Shown here one piece after another: positions 1-9,624 of a stretch of DNA of 43,638 nt. The translations under genes and the position numbers were made by a program. The notes below the pieces were generated by a model that saw nothing but the letters and a program-made list of their open reading frames with translations, was not told where the DNA came from and did not search any database. Source of the stretch: Porticoccus sp. (GTDB lineage: Bacteria > Pseudomonadota > Gammaproteobacteria > Pseudomonadales > Porticoccaceae); contig JBLIIR010000001.1 of the NCBI GenBank assembly GCA_047635255.1, forward strand, positions 1 through 43,638, given 5' to 3'. Numbering within the stretch: position 1 is the first letter of the stretch; each line of letters starts with the position of its first letter.

Positions 1-7
1 TTAAGCA

Positions 8-1225
8 TTAGCTACGATATTCTGCATTGATCTTAATATAATCATAAGATAAATCAGTCGTATAGATTTCTTCCACAGCATGGCCGCGATTCAGGATAAT
101 GTTTATAGAAAAAAAATCTTTAGACACAACTTCTTGACCAAGAGACTCTAGGTAACTCTGAGCTCTTCCACCCTTTTCAGCTATAAGAATGTCATCCAAA
201 TAAACCTCTATGTCATCAACATTCAGGCCAGAAAGACCGGAGCATCCTATTGCTGCAAGAATTCTCCCCCAATTAGGATCTGAAGCAAATAAAGCGGTTT
301 TTACCAACGGGGATTCAGCTACAGCATATGCTACCTTCAGACACTCAGGCTCATTCTTACCTGCAGATACCTTTATTGTCACAAATTTAGTAGCGCCCTC
401 TCCATCCTGAACAACTTGCTGAGCCAAAGAAATAAACAATTCTTTCAGGCAAGCCAACAACTGATCCATATACTTGGCGGGCAATTCGGATACATCAACA
501 CCAGAAGCCCCAGTTGCCACCAAAATGGCACAATCATTTGTCGACATGTCACCATCGACAGTAATCCGGTTAAATGAATGCTCGGTCATGCTAGCAAGTA
601 TATTCTTGAGTAGTTCTTGCTCTATCACTGCATCGGTAGCTACATAAGCCAACATAGTAGCCATATTAGGCCTTATCATTCCTGAGCCTTTTGCGATCCC
701 TGTGATTGTAATTTTTTTTCCAGAAAAGTCTAACTGGGCGCTTGCACCTTTAGGGCGAGTATCTGTTGTAAGAATCGACCTTGCGGCTTCATCCCAGCTG
801 GTTGCAGAAAGTGATGCGTATGCTAAAGGCAACGCTGAAATAATTTTTTGTACTGGCAAATATTCTCCTATAACACCCGTAGAGAAAGGTAACACGGCCC
901 CCTCATCAACTCTAGTTATTGCTGCAAGCGCTTGGCATATAGACTTAGCATCCTTTCTTCCTTGCTCCCCAGTTCCTGCGTTTGCATTACCAGTATTTGT
1001 AACCAGGTAACGACATTGGGTTGAATAAATATTCTCTTTTGAGATTTGCACTGGTGCTGCGCAAAACGTATTTTTTGTGAACACTCCTGCAACAGAACTT
1101 CCATCTATCATTTCCATCACAATCAAGTCTTTTTTACCTGAAGTCTTGACGCCAGCGCTTGCTATACCCAACTTAAAGCCTGGTACAGGATGCATTTCAG
1201 GAAAATAATCTTTGCCTACCGCCAT
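8..1225 (-). CDS. argJ: Bifunctional glutamate N-acetyltransferase / amino-acid acetyltransferase ArgJ
   Basis: Motifs GNANAGTG, TTDT, AKGSGMIRPNMATML (autocleavage Thr), DGEGATK, SDPNWGR, INAEYRS. Start moved from 1291 to ATG 1225 (MAVG...), preceded by GAGGGAG SD; gives 405 aa. Confidence 0.96.
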   Translation of the reverse strand: MAVGKDYFPEMHPVPGFKLGIASAGVKTSGKKDLIVMEMIDGSSVAGVFTKNTFCAAPVQISKENIYSTQCRYLVTNTGNANAGTGEQGRKDAKSICQALAAITRVDEGAVLPFSTGVIGEYLPVQKIISALPLAYASLSATSWDEAARSILTTDTRPKGASAQLDFSGKKITITGIAKGSGMIRPNMATMLAYVATDAVIEQELLKNILASMTEHSFNRITVDGDMSTNDCAILVATGASGVDVSELPAKYMDQLLACLKELFISLAQQVVQDGEGATKFVTIKVSAGKNEPECLKVAYAVAESPLVKTALFASDPNWGRILAAIGCSGLSGLNVDDIEVYLDDILIAEKGGRAQSYLESLGQEVVSKDFFSINIILNRGHAVEEIYTTDLSYDYIKINAEYRS

Positions 1226-1304
1226 GACTCCCTCACTATATTTTTCCAGGCAACATAACTGAGTTAAGCTAATCCAAATAGCATAGAACACGTGTATAAT
1301 TAAC

Positions 1305-4022
1305 TCATTGGTTCAATTTACCATGACACTGTTTAAATTTCTTTCCGCTACCACAAGGGCAGGTATCGTTTCTTCCTACTTTTTCAGCTGACCGAACAAA
1401 CGGCTTACCCTGAGAAAACTTTTTAGTAGCTCCGCCTGATGTTTTGGATTCGCCAATTGCTGAGACCTTATCATGGTTCATTTCGAGTTTTTGTCGTTGC
1501 TGGGCCTCTATTTTGTTGCGCTCTATTTGTTCAATATCCTCACGATCACGAACTTCAGCCTTACTTAAGAAGTGAATGGTTTCTACTTTGATGTTTTCTA
1601 GCATTTGTTGAAATAATTCAAACGATTCACGCTTGTATTCTTGTCGAGGATTCTTTTGTGCGTATGCGCGCAAGTTTATCCCTTGCCGTAAATAGTCCAT
1701 ACGAGAAAGATGCTCTTTCCACAGAGTATCTAATACCTGCAACATTACCTGTCTTTCAATGACACGAATATTTGCGCCAATTGCAGAGGCTTTTTCCTCA
1801 TAAGCATCTTTAGCTTTTTGTTGAATTCTTAATCGAATCCCTTCTTCATTCAAGATTTGATCATTATCCAGCCACTTTTGAACTTCTACCTGCAGCTTAA
1901 ATTCTGATGCAAAATGGTTTTCTAGGCCAGCGATATCCCACTGTTCTGCCAAACTTTGCGGAAGGATGTAATAACTTATTGATGTATCAATAACATCAGA
2001 CATTACACTGGCAATAACTTCGCTAATGTCCTCTTCCACCAACAACTCATCCCTCTGTTGGTAAATTACCTGTCGCTGATCGTTAGCAACGTCATCAAAT
2101 TCAAGCAGATTTTTACGCATATCGTAATTTCTGCCTTCAACTTTCTTTTGAGCTTTTTCGATAGCACTTGTCACCATCCGATGTTCGATCGATTCTCCTT
2201 TTTCCATTCCCAGAGATCGCATCATATTTTTAACTCCATCCGATGCGAACAGGCGCATCAACGGGTCCTCTAGCGACAAATAAAACCGCGATACACCAGG
2301 GTCACCTTGCCTGCCAGCCCTACCTCGCAGCTGGTTATCAATGCGTCGAGATTCATGCCGCTCAGTACAAAGTATATGGAGCCCGCCAGCGGCAATAACT
2401 GCATCATGACGGACTTTCCATTCATTCTTGATGAGCTGTATTTGAGCCTGAGTAGGATTTTTTAGCTCTGCAACAATTGCTTCCCAGCTCCCTCCAAGAA
2501 CTATGTCTGTTCCTCTACCAGCCATATTAGTTGCGATTGTGACTGTTCCGGGCTGTCCTGCTTGAGCGATAATTTGCGCTTCTTTCTCATGGTGTTTTGC
2601 ATTCAACACCTGATGGGGAATTTGTACCTTCTCTAATCTTGATGACATTTCTTCTGAGCTTTCGATGGTAGCCGTTCCAACTAATACTGGAGAATTTTTC
2701 TCAATACATGATCTGATGTCTGCAACAACAGCATCATATTTTTCATCTGGTGTAAGGTAAATCAAATCATTAAGATCCACTCTAGCTACTGGTAAATTTG
2801 TCGGTATCACAACAACAGGAAGTCCGTATATTTGGTGGAATTCGTAGGCTTCAGTATCGGCTGTCCCTGTCATGCCTGATAATTTTCCATAGAGGCGGAA
2901 ATAATTCTGAAAAGTCGTCGATGCCATTGTTTGGCTTTCGCCCTGAATAACAACACCTTCTTTGGCCTCTATGGCTTGGTGGAGACCCTCTGATAATCGA
3001 CGCCCAAGCATTGTTCTTCCTGTATGCTCATCAATCAACACAACCTGCTTATCCTGTACAATATATTCAACATCTTTACTAAACAGGTGGTGCGCCTTGA
3101 GTGCTGACTGGACATGATGGAGCAGTGACAGATTAATTGCGTTATATAGACTATCTCCCTCTTGAAGTAAACCTTCACTTTCAAGCAAAGACTCTATTTT
3201 GCAGTGCCCATTCTCTGTTAGTTCTATTTGCCTTACTTTCTCATCAATGAGAAAGTCGCCCTGATTTTCCTCAGAATGAAGAGCAAGAGTCGAAATTAAT
3301 TTATTAATTTTTTGGTATAAAGCCGAACTATCCTCAGCAGCTCCTGAGATAACAAGTGGCGTTCTGGCCTCATCAATAAGGATTGAGTCGACCTCATCAA
3401 TAACAGCAAAATTTAGACCTCTCTGTAACTTATCCTCAAGACGTAAGACCATATTATCGCGAAGATAATCAAAACCAAATTCGTTGTTTGTGCCAAAAGT
3501 AACATCCGCTTGATATGCTTTGATTTTTTCCTCTGGAGGCAAACCAGAGGAAATAACTCCGACACTCATGCCTAAAAATTGATATATAGGTGCCATCCAT
3601 TCAGCATCGCGACTAGCCAGATAGTCATTCACGGTAACAATATGCACCCCTCTTCCAGATAAAGCATTAAGGTATGTTGGCAAAGTTGCCATTAGCGTTT
3701 TACCTTCACCTGTTCGCATTTCTGAAATTCGGCCCTCATGCAGCACTACACCTCCTATCATTTGGACATCAAAATGACGTAAGCCTAAAGTGCGCTTAGC
3801 TGCCTCTCGCACAACAGCAAATGCCTCGGGTAGCAGATGATCTAGGGATAATCCTTTCTCATAATTTTTCTGAAATTCTTTAGTCTTAAGTCTTAAGTCT
3901 TCATCTGACAAAACAGAAAATTTTTCCTCAAAATTATTAACACGATCTACAATCTTTCGTATTCTTTTGATTTCTCTGTCATTTTTACTACCAAAAAGTT
4001 TTGCCAAAAATTTCATCATCAT
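1305..4022 (-). CDS. secA: Preprotein translocase ATPase SecA
   Basis: MRTGEGKT Walker [34 protein letters not shown]-terminal SEC-C Zn motif [13 protein letters not shown]; 905 aa. Confidence 0.99.
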   Translation of the reverse strand: MMMKFLAKLFGSKNDREIKRIRKIVDRVNNFEEKFSVLSDEDLRLKTKEFQKNYEKGLSLDHLLPEAFAVVREAAKRTLGLRHFDVQMIGGVVLHEGRISEMRTGEGKTLMATLPTYLNALSGRGVHIVTVNDYLASRDAEWMAPIYQFLGMSVGVISSGLPPEEKIKAYQADVTFGTNNEFGFDYLRDNMVLRLEDKLQRGLNFAVIDEVDSILIDEARTPLVISGAAEDSSALYQKINKLISTLALHSEENQGDFLIDEKVRQIELTENGHCKIESLLESEGLLQEGDSLYNAINLSLLHHVQSALKAHHLFSKDVEYIVQDKQVVLIDEHTGRTMLGRRLSEGLHQAIEAKEGVVIQGESQTMASTTFQNYFRLYGKLSGMTGTADTEAYEFHQIYGLPVVVIPTNLPVARVDLNDLIYLTPDEKYDAVVADIRSCIEKNSPVLVGTATIESSEEMSSRLEKVQIPHQVLNAKHHEKEAQIIAQAGQPGTVTIATNMAGRGTDIVLGGSWEAIVAELKNPTQAQIQLIKNEWKVRHDAVIAAGGLHILCTERHESRRIDNQLRGRAGRQGDPGVSRFYLSLEDPLMRLFASDGVKNMMRSLGMEKGESIEHRMVTSAIEKAQKKVEGRNYDMRKNLLEFDDVANDQRQVIYQQRDELLVEEDISEVIASVMSDVIDTSISYYILPQSLAEQWDIAGLENHFASEFKLQVEVQKWLDNDQILNEEGIRLRIQQKAKDAYEEKASAIGANIRVIERQVMLQVLDTLWKEHLSRMDYLRQGINLRAYAQKNPRQEYKRESFELFQQMLENIKVETIHFLSKAEVRDREDIEQIERNKIEAQQRQKLEMNHDKVSAIGESKTSGGATKKFSQGKPFVRSAEKVGRNDTCPCGSGKKFKQCHGKLNQ

Positions 4023-4046
4023 TCCAGGATATATAAGACTAGACGT

Positions 4047-4157
4047 TTAATTACACAAGGATAGAAGTAGAGCATGCGACTCAGATAAGCTATCAAATAG
4101 TTCGGTGAATACTGCTCTCAATTTGCTGTAGTTATTTTTTAAAAAAATAATATTCAT
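4047..4157 (-). pseudogene. 36-codon ORF (MNIIFLKNNYSKLRAVFTELFDSLSESHALLLSLCN), possible remnant of the M23 peptidase gene usually upstream of secA
   Basis: Hand-translated, ATG 4157 to TAA 4047. Position and strand match the M23 peptidase slot in the Pseudomonas-type lpxC-secA interval. Resemblance of the N-terminus is from recollection only. Confidence 0.3.
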
Positions 4158-4202
4158 GGCAGCTGCCAAATCATCATAACTTAATCATTATATAGAAAAA
4201 TT

Positions 4203-5117
4203 CTATGCCGTCAGCAAAGGCTTCGTGTAGGAAATTGGTGCTTCATCCTCATCACCCTCAAAGGTCACCATTTCCCAAGCATCTGGCCGAGCAATCAACT
4301 CTCTAAGCAACAAATTATTGAGTCCATGGCCAGACTTATAGCCAATATATTCACCAATTAAGCTATTTCCTAGCAAATACAAATCACCAATAGCATCCAA
4401 AATTTTATGCTTAACAAATTCGTCCTCATAGCGCAAGCCGTCTTCATTTAACACCTGAAAGTCGTCTACGACAATAGCATTATCCATACTGCCGCCACGC
4501 GCTAGACCTTGAGACCTCAGATATTCTATTTCATGCATGAAACCGAAAGTGCGGGCGCGACTAATCTCTTTTACAAAAGAGGTGGTAGAAAAATCAACTG
4601 ATGCCTGCAATGTTCGATTATTAAAAGCTGGATGATCGAAATCAATAGAAAATCCTACCTTGAAACCGTTAAATGGCTTGAAGGCAGCAGTTTTATCTCC
4701 ATCTGAAACACTTACTGGTTGCTTGATTCGTATAAATCGTTTTGGCCGATTTTGCTCTTTTATTCCTGCCGACTGAAGTAAAAAAACAAAAGGACTGGCA
4801 CTGCCATCCATAATAGGAACTTCTGGAGCCGTAACATCAATAATAGCGTTATCAATCCCAAGACCAGCCAGAGCTGCCAACAAATGCTCAACTGTTGAAA
4901 CACGAACTTCTCCCTTCATAATGGTCGTAGAAAGCATCGTATCACCAACATTTTCAGCTAACGCTTGTATCTCCACCATAGGGCTTAAATCAGAGCGTCG
5001 AAATACAATCCCGGTATCCTCCGGAGCCGGGCGGAGAGTCAGGAAAACTTTCTCGCCGGTATGCAAACCAATTCCAGTGGCGCGGATCATATTATTCAAT
5101 GTGCGCTGTCTAATCAT
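4203..5117 (-). CDS. lpxC: UDP-3-O-acyl-N-acetylglucosamine deacetylase LpxC
   Basis: MIRQRTL start, [28 protein letters not shown] Zn motif, KSGH. Confidence 0.99.
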   Translation of the reverse strand: MIRQRTLNNMIRATGIGLHTGEKVFLTLRPAPEDTGIVFRRSDLSPMVEIQALAENVGDTMLSTTIMKGEVRVSTVEHLLAALAGLGIDNAIIDVTAPEVPIMDGSASPFVFLLQSAGIKEQNRPKRFIRIKQPVSVSDGDKTAAFKPFNGFKVGFSIDFDHPAFNNRTLQASVDFSTTSFVKEISRARTFGFMHEIEYLRSQGLARGGSMDNAIVVDDFQVLNEDGLRYEDEFVKHKILDAIGDLYLLGNSLIGEYIGYKSGHGLNNLLLRELIARPDAWEMVTFEGDEDEAPISYTKPLLTA

Positions 5118-5237
5118 CTTTTATTATTATCCGGGATACTGTCTCTATGACAGGTCTGTTGCCTTTGATGGCAGAAACCCAATTATTTGGCTAGATACCT
5201 GCAAAAATATTGATTGACGAAAACCATAATTCAAACT

Positions 5238-5261
5238 AAAAAGCGTCAAGCTCAATTGACG
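5238..5261 (-). terminator. Weak putative intrinsic terminator after ftsZ
   Basis: Minus-strand RNA CGUCAA-UUGAGC-UUGACG followed by CUUUUU; only a 6-bp stem. Confidence 0.35.
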
Positions 5262-5310
5262 AACGAACTCGACGATCTTTTTAAAGCATTACCCTGAATA
5301 ATACACTACC

Positions 5311-6483
5311 TTAATCTGCCTGACAGCGTAAAAATGCTGGGATATCGAGATAATCATCCGAATCAGATCCTGATTTCACATCTAGCCCATCCTCCAATAA
5401 ACTGCCTTCTTTTCGAAGTACGGCTGGTCGTTCAAATTCAGTGTAATCTGTATCTCCATTTTTTGTCACTTTTACACTCTCGATTGATTTTGTGTTATCC
5501 ATCATTTTGATAGGAGACTTTTGGCCATCAGACATAGTTAAACCTGTAGCGACAACTGTGACCCTAATTGCTTCTCCCAATGATGGGTCAATCACGGTGC
5601 CCACAACAGTCGTAGCGCTATCAGCTGCAAAATTATGTACAGTCTCCAAAACATCATTAAACTCACCCAGTGAAAGATCTGGTCCAGCTGTTATGTTAAC
5701 CAATATGCCTCTCGCACCCTGTAAATTAATATCTTCCAGTAGAGGGCTACGAATAGCTTTTTCAGCAGCTTCACGCGCCCTATCTTCCCCTGTTGCCTCA
5801 CCTGTTCCCATCATGGCTTGACCCATCTCAGACATCACTGTTCGCACATCAGCGAAATCTACGTTAATCATACCAGGTCGTATTATCAAATCAGCAATCC
5901 CCTGAACAGCACCCAGCAAGACATCGTTTGCTGCGCTAAATGCAGCAAGCACAGTAGTGGAACGGCCCAGCACCTGCAGCAGTTTCTCATTTGGCACGGT
6001 GATAAGAGAATCTACCTTATCTTTGAGTTCTTTTAGACCTTCTTCTGCCACTGACATTCTCATCTTGCCTTCCCAGATGAAAGGGCGTGTAACAACTGCA
6101 ACTGTAAGGATCCCTAGCTCTCTAGCCACATCTGCAACGATAGGCGCAGCTCCAGTTCCAGTTCCCCCGCCCATTCCAGCAGTAATAAAAACCATGTCAG
6201 CACCACGCAAAACATCGGAAATTCTCTCACGATCCTCCATTGCGGCCTGACGACCTACATCTGGATTGGCTCCCGCACCCAATCCCTTTGTAAGCCCACT
6301 TCCTAGCTGTAAAATTGTAGCGTCAATATCCTTAAGCGCCTGAGCATCAGTATTGGCGCATATAAATTCAACCCCAGTAACACCGCTTACGATCATATGC
6401 CTTAAGGCATTGCCTCCTCCTCCTCCAACACCTACTACTCTAATTTCTGCACTATCTGGTGTATTATCCACGATCTGAAACAT
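5311..6483 (-). CDS. ftsZ: Cell division GTPase FtsZ
   Basis: GVGGGGGNA, tubulin signature GGGTGTG, NVDFADV, C-terminal DYLDIPAFLR. Confidence 0.99.
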   Translation of the reverse strand: MFQIVDNTPDSAEIRVVGVGGGGGNALRHMIVSGVTGVEFICANTDAQALKDIDATILQLGSGLTKGLGAGANPDVGRQAAMEDRERISDVLRGADMVFITAGMGGGTGTGAAPIVADVARELGILTVAVVTRPFIWEGKMRMSVAEEGLKELKDKVDSLITVPNEKLLQVLGRSTTVLAAFSAANDVLLGAVQGIADLIIRPGMINVDFADVRTVMSEMGQAMMGTGEATGEDRAREAAEKAIRSPLLEDINLQGARGILVNITAGPDLSLGEFNDVLETVHNFAADSATTVVGTVIDPSLGEAIRVTVVATGLTMSDGQKSPIKMMDNTKSIESVKVTKNGDTDYTEFERPAVLRKEGSLLEDGLDVKSGSDSDDYLDIPAFLRCQAD

Positions 6484-6524
6484 AACGATTACCCCTCGTT
6501 TAGCTTTAATTAAAAATAAAATAT

Positions 6525-7763
6525 TTACAAACTATCTTGAAACCAGCCTTTCACTGTCTCCATGAAGCTTTTGCCATCACCCTTGGCGGTTTTGTTTGAC
6601 AATGATCCTTCTGATAATTGCTGCATTCCATAGAGCAGCAACCCAACGCCAGTAGAATAAATAGGATTATCAACGATATCAGTTAACCCTCTAACGTTTT
6701 GAGGGGAACCGACCCTAACTGGCATATGGAAAATTTCTTCTGCCAGCTCGACAACGCCCTCCATTTTAGATGTACCTCCTGTAAGTACCATTCCAGCAGC
6801 CACCAAATTTTCAAATCCACTGCGACGTAACTCTGCTTGAACCAAAGAAAACAATTCTTCGTATCTTGGCTCAACCACCTCCGCCAGAGCCTGTCGAGAT
6901 AAATCGCGCGGAGGCCGGTCTCCGACACTAGGAACCTTTATGGTCTCCTCAGGAGCGGTTAACTTTGCCAAAGCACACGCATATTTAATTTTTAGTTCTT
7001 CCGCATGAGCAGTTGGAGTTCTTAACGCATGAGCGATATCGTTAGTCACTTGATCTCCGGCAATAGGTATCACTCCTGTATGGCGAATCGCTCCATCATA
7101 AAAAATTGCGATATCAGTAGTTCCTCCCCCTATATCCACTAAGCAGACTCCTAGCTGCTTTTCGTCTTCTGTTAAGACGGCATAGCTTGATGCGAGCTGC
7201 TCCAGAATAATATCGTCAACCTCGAGACCGCATCTACGAATACACTTTTTTATATTTTGAGCGGCATTTGCTGCGCAAGTTACAAGATGTACTTTTGATT
7301 CTAGTCGCACACCGGACATACCTAAAGGCTCGCGCACCCCTTCTTGGTTATCAATAATATACTCTTGGGGTAACACATGAAGAATTTCTTGATCGGCTGG
7401 GATAGCAACTGCTCGAGCGGCATCGATAACACGCTCTATATCTAAAGGCAAAACCTCTCGATCGCGAATCGCAACAATGCCATGGGAATTCAAGCTGCGA
7501 ATATGGCTTCCGGCGATCCCTACAAAAACAGAGTTGATGTTACACCCTCCCATCAGTTCGGCCTCCTCAATAGCTCGCTGTATCGAATGAACAGTAGCCT
7601 CAATATTAACGACCACTCCTTTCTTTAGACCTGAAGACATCTGCAGTCCAGTTCCCACTATCTCTAGGAAACCTTCAGGGCTCACCGCTCCCACAATGGC
7701 TGCAACCTTTGATGTCCCAATATCCAAACCAATTATTAACTGCTCTTCGTTCGAACTAGTCAT
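6525..7763 (-). CDS. ftsA: Cell division protein FtsA
   Basis: GLDIGTSK, VDIGGGTTDI, VLTGG, C-terminal amphipathic helix (VKGWFQDSL); lies between ftsQ and ftsZ. Confidence 0.99.
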   Translation of the reverse strand: MTSSNEEQLIIGLDIGTSKVAAIVGAVSPEGFLEIVGTGLQMSSGLKKGVVVNIEATVHSIQRAIEEAELMGGCNINSVFVGIAGSHIRSLNSHGIVAIRDREVLPLDIERVIDAARAVAIPADQEILHVLPQEYIIDNQEGVREPLGMSGVRLESKVHLVTCAANAAQNIKKCIRRCGLEVDDIILEQLASSYAVLTEDEKQLGVCLVDIGGGTTDIAIFYDGAIRHTGVIPIAGDQVTNDIAHALRTPTAHAEELKIKYACALAKLTAPEETIKVPSVGDRPPRDLSRQALAEVVEPRYEELFSLVQAELRRSGFENLVAAGMVLTGGTSKMEGVVELAEEIFHMPVRVGSPQNVRGLTDIVDNPIYSTGVGLLLYGMQQLSEGSLSNKTAKGDGKSFMETVKGWFQDSL

Positions 7764-7874
7764 CTTTTGACCTCACATTTACCTTCTATTTCTAGGTTTA
7801 CTATTACTCGCTATAAAGCATATGTGGCAATTTTTCTTACGCCCTTAAGCTTGCATCTATCACATCAATGATTT

Positions 7875-8657
7875 TTATTTCCATTTCACTGCAACGCCAT
7901 TTTCGTAACGCATATCTATACTGGCCACATCGGTACTCTTGGTCTGTAATTCAGACGCCCATACAATTAAGAACCGACGCACTTTTTCTATAATCTGATC
8001 ACGACCAACCAAAAGCTCTAAACCATTTGACAAGGTCAACCACCAAACTCCACGGTCATCCCTCTTTAATTCCATAATTTTCAAACTTGCTGGCTGCAAC
8101 AACAAAGCAACTTCGCGATAAGTTTTCAGCAGCTGGCGTTCCGAATATTCTTCTCCTTGCAGTAAAGGCACATCCAACAAATTACTATTGTTTCCGATCT
8201 GTAATATTTCCCCTTGGTTATTTAAGAAACTGTTTTTTCCCCAACGAGCAACTGGAGTCTCCTCTACTATTCTTATCTCTATGTCTCCCAGCCACTTTCG
8301 CCTAACAGTAGCTCTTTCTATCCATGGATGTGATTCGAGAAGAACTATGATTGTAGTCAAATCTAGACTGAGGAATCCTTTATCGGAGACTAACGGAATC
8401 ACTGATTCTTCGATTTCTTTTTTGTTTATGTTACTAAATATGCCCATTACTGAAACACTCTTAACGGGGGCATCAAAAGTAATAAAGAGGTATCTACCTC
8501 CCCAGATTATAACGACAAAGACTGCCGCCAAGGGCAGCATTGATAGCCCCCTAAAAAGCCAATCTAAAAGATCGCGCAACAAGACAAAGTGTTCTTGTAG
8601 CTTTGTTGTCCTGATCTCATTACGATTAATTGCCGTGTTCACTTTTAAAATATCCAC
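7875..8657 (-). CDS. ftsQ: Cell division protein FtsQ
   Basis: Single N-terminal TM, POTRA region (PWIERATVRRKW), C-terminal IDMRYENGVAVKW; position after ddl. Start codon (GTG) uncertain. Confidence 0.93.
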   Translation of the reverse strand: MDILKVNTAINRNEIRTTKLQEHFVLLRDLLDWLFRGLSMLPLAAVFVVIIWGGRYLFITFDAPVKSVSVMGIFSNINKKEIEESVIPLVSDKGFLSLDLTTIIVLLESHPWIERATVRRKWLGDIEIRIVEETPVARWGKNSFLNNQGEILQIGNNSNLLDVPLLQGEEYSERQLLKTYREVALLLQPASLKIMELKRDDRGVWWLTLSNGLELLVGRDQIIEKVRRFLIVWASELQTKSTDVASIDMRYENGVAVKWK

Positions 8658-8678
8658 CTTGAGTTAAAAAAATAATCA

Positions 8679-9614
8679 TCATAAAGAGCTATCCAAGATC
8701 TTTAGGGCCAGCTCATCAAAACTATATCCAGCGGCAACAGCAGCCATTGGCATCAGACTGTGATCAGTCATCCCAGGGACAGTATTTACCTCCAATAAAA
8801 AAAACTCTCCATCTGAATTAGACATTACATCTACGCGCCCCCAACCACTACAGCCGATACTTGCAAAAGCTTCTACTGCTAAATTTGTAAGTAATTTCTC
8901 TTTTTCGGCGCTTAATCCACACGGGCACTTATAAACAGTGTCACTTGCAAGATATTTTGCGGTGTAGTCATAAAATGTGTGATTTGTTTCAAGTTTGATG
9001 GGAGGAAGTGTCTCTTCGCCCAATATCGCAACGGTATATTCCGATCCTTCAATCCATTCCTCGGCAATCACAATGTCATCAAACCTTGAAGCAATTCGCC
9101 ATGCTTGCTCTAAAGACTTAGGATCACTAGCCTGACTCATACCTAAACTTGAACCTTCTTGCGAGGGCTTGACCATCACCTTGCCACCCAAGTTTCTAAG
9201 CATTTTTTTCCAGTTCGTTTTTTTATCCAGCATGCCAAAATTTGGCGTAGGTAAACCAATACCCTGCCAAAATTTCTTACTATGCAATTTATCCATTGCT
9301 AATGCTGATGCCAAAACCCTACTCCCAGTATAAGGCAGTCCAGAAAACTGCAAGGCACCCTGGAGGCTTCCATCCTCTCCTCCAGGCCCATGTAACATAA
9401 TCACTGCTCTGCTTAACTGGTACTCAGGCAATCGCTGCAAAAAATCCCCATCAACATCAATAAGTACAACATCTACGCCAGACCTAATCAGGGACGCCGA
9501 TATGAACTTCCCAGACAGCAGAGAAATTTCCCTCTCAGCTGACATGCCGCCAAACAACACTCCAACTCGACCATACTTTGTCTTCATTGACTGGTTTATT
9601 ATCATTTTTTTCAT
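8679..9614 (-). CDS. ddl: D-alanine--D-alanine ligase
   Basis: GGMSAEREISL, LHGPGGEDG, EGSSLG, FYDYTAKY (Tyr-type omega loop), LEVNTVPGMT. Confidence 0.98.
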   Translation of the reverse strand: MKKMIINQSMKTKYGRVGVLFGGMSAEREISLLSGKFISASLIRSGVDVVLIDVDGDFLQRLPEYQLSRAVIMLHGPGGEDGSLQGALQFSGLPYTGSRVLASALAMDKLHSKKFWQGIGLPTPNFGMLDKKTNWKKMLRNLGGKVMVKPSQEGSSLGMSQASDPKSLEQAWRIASRFDDIVIAEEWIEGSEYTVAILGEETLPPIKLETNHTFYDYTAKYLASDTVYKCPCGLSAEKEKLLTNLAVEAFASIGCSGWGRVDVMSNSDGEFFLLEVNTVPGMTDHSLMPMAAVAAGYSFDELALKILDSSL

Positions 9615-9624
9615 CTAGCGAACC

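Noticed and set aside
1226-1291. N-terminal extension of argJ in the ORF track (similar extensions for mraZ, rsmI, zapG, degS, hisC)
   Set aside because: Downstream starts match family N-termini and mostly have better SD sequences.
4132-4168. AT-only near-palindrome TTATTTTTTAAAAAAATAA and 12-bp palindrome TGGCAGCTGCCA
   Set aside because: Low complexity or no loop; no second copy seen; cannot assign function.
9615-9624. murB absent between murC and ddl
   Set aside because: Also absent from the dcw cluster in E. coli and Pseudomonas; ordinary.
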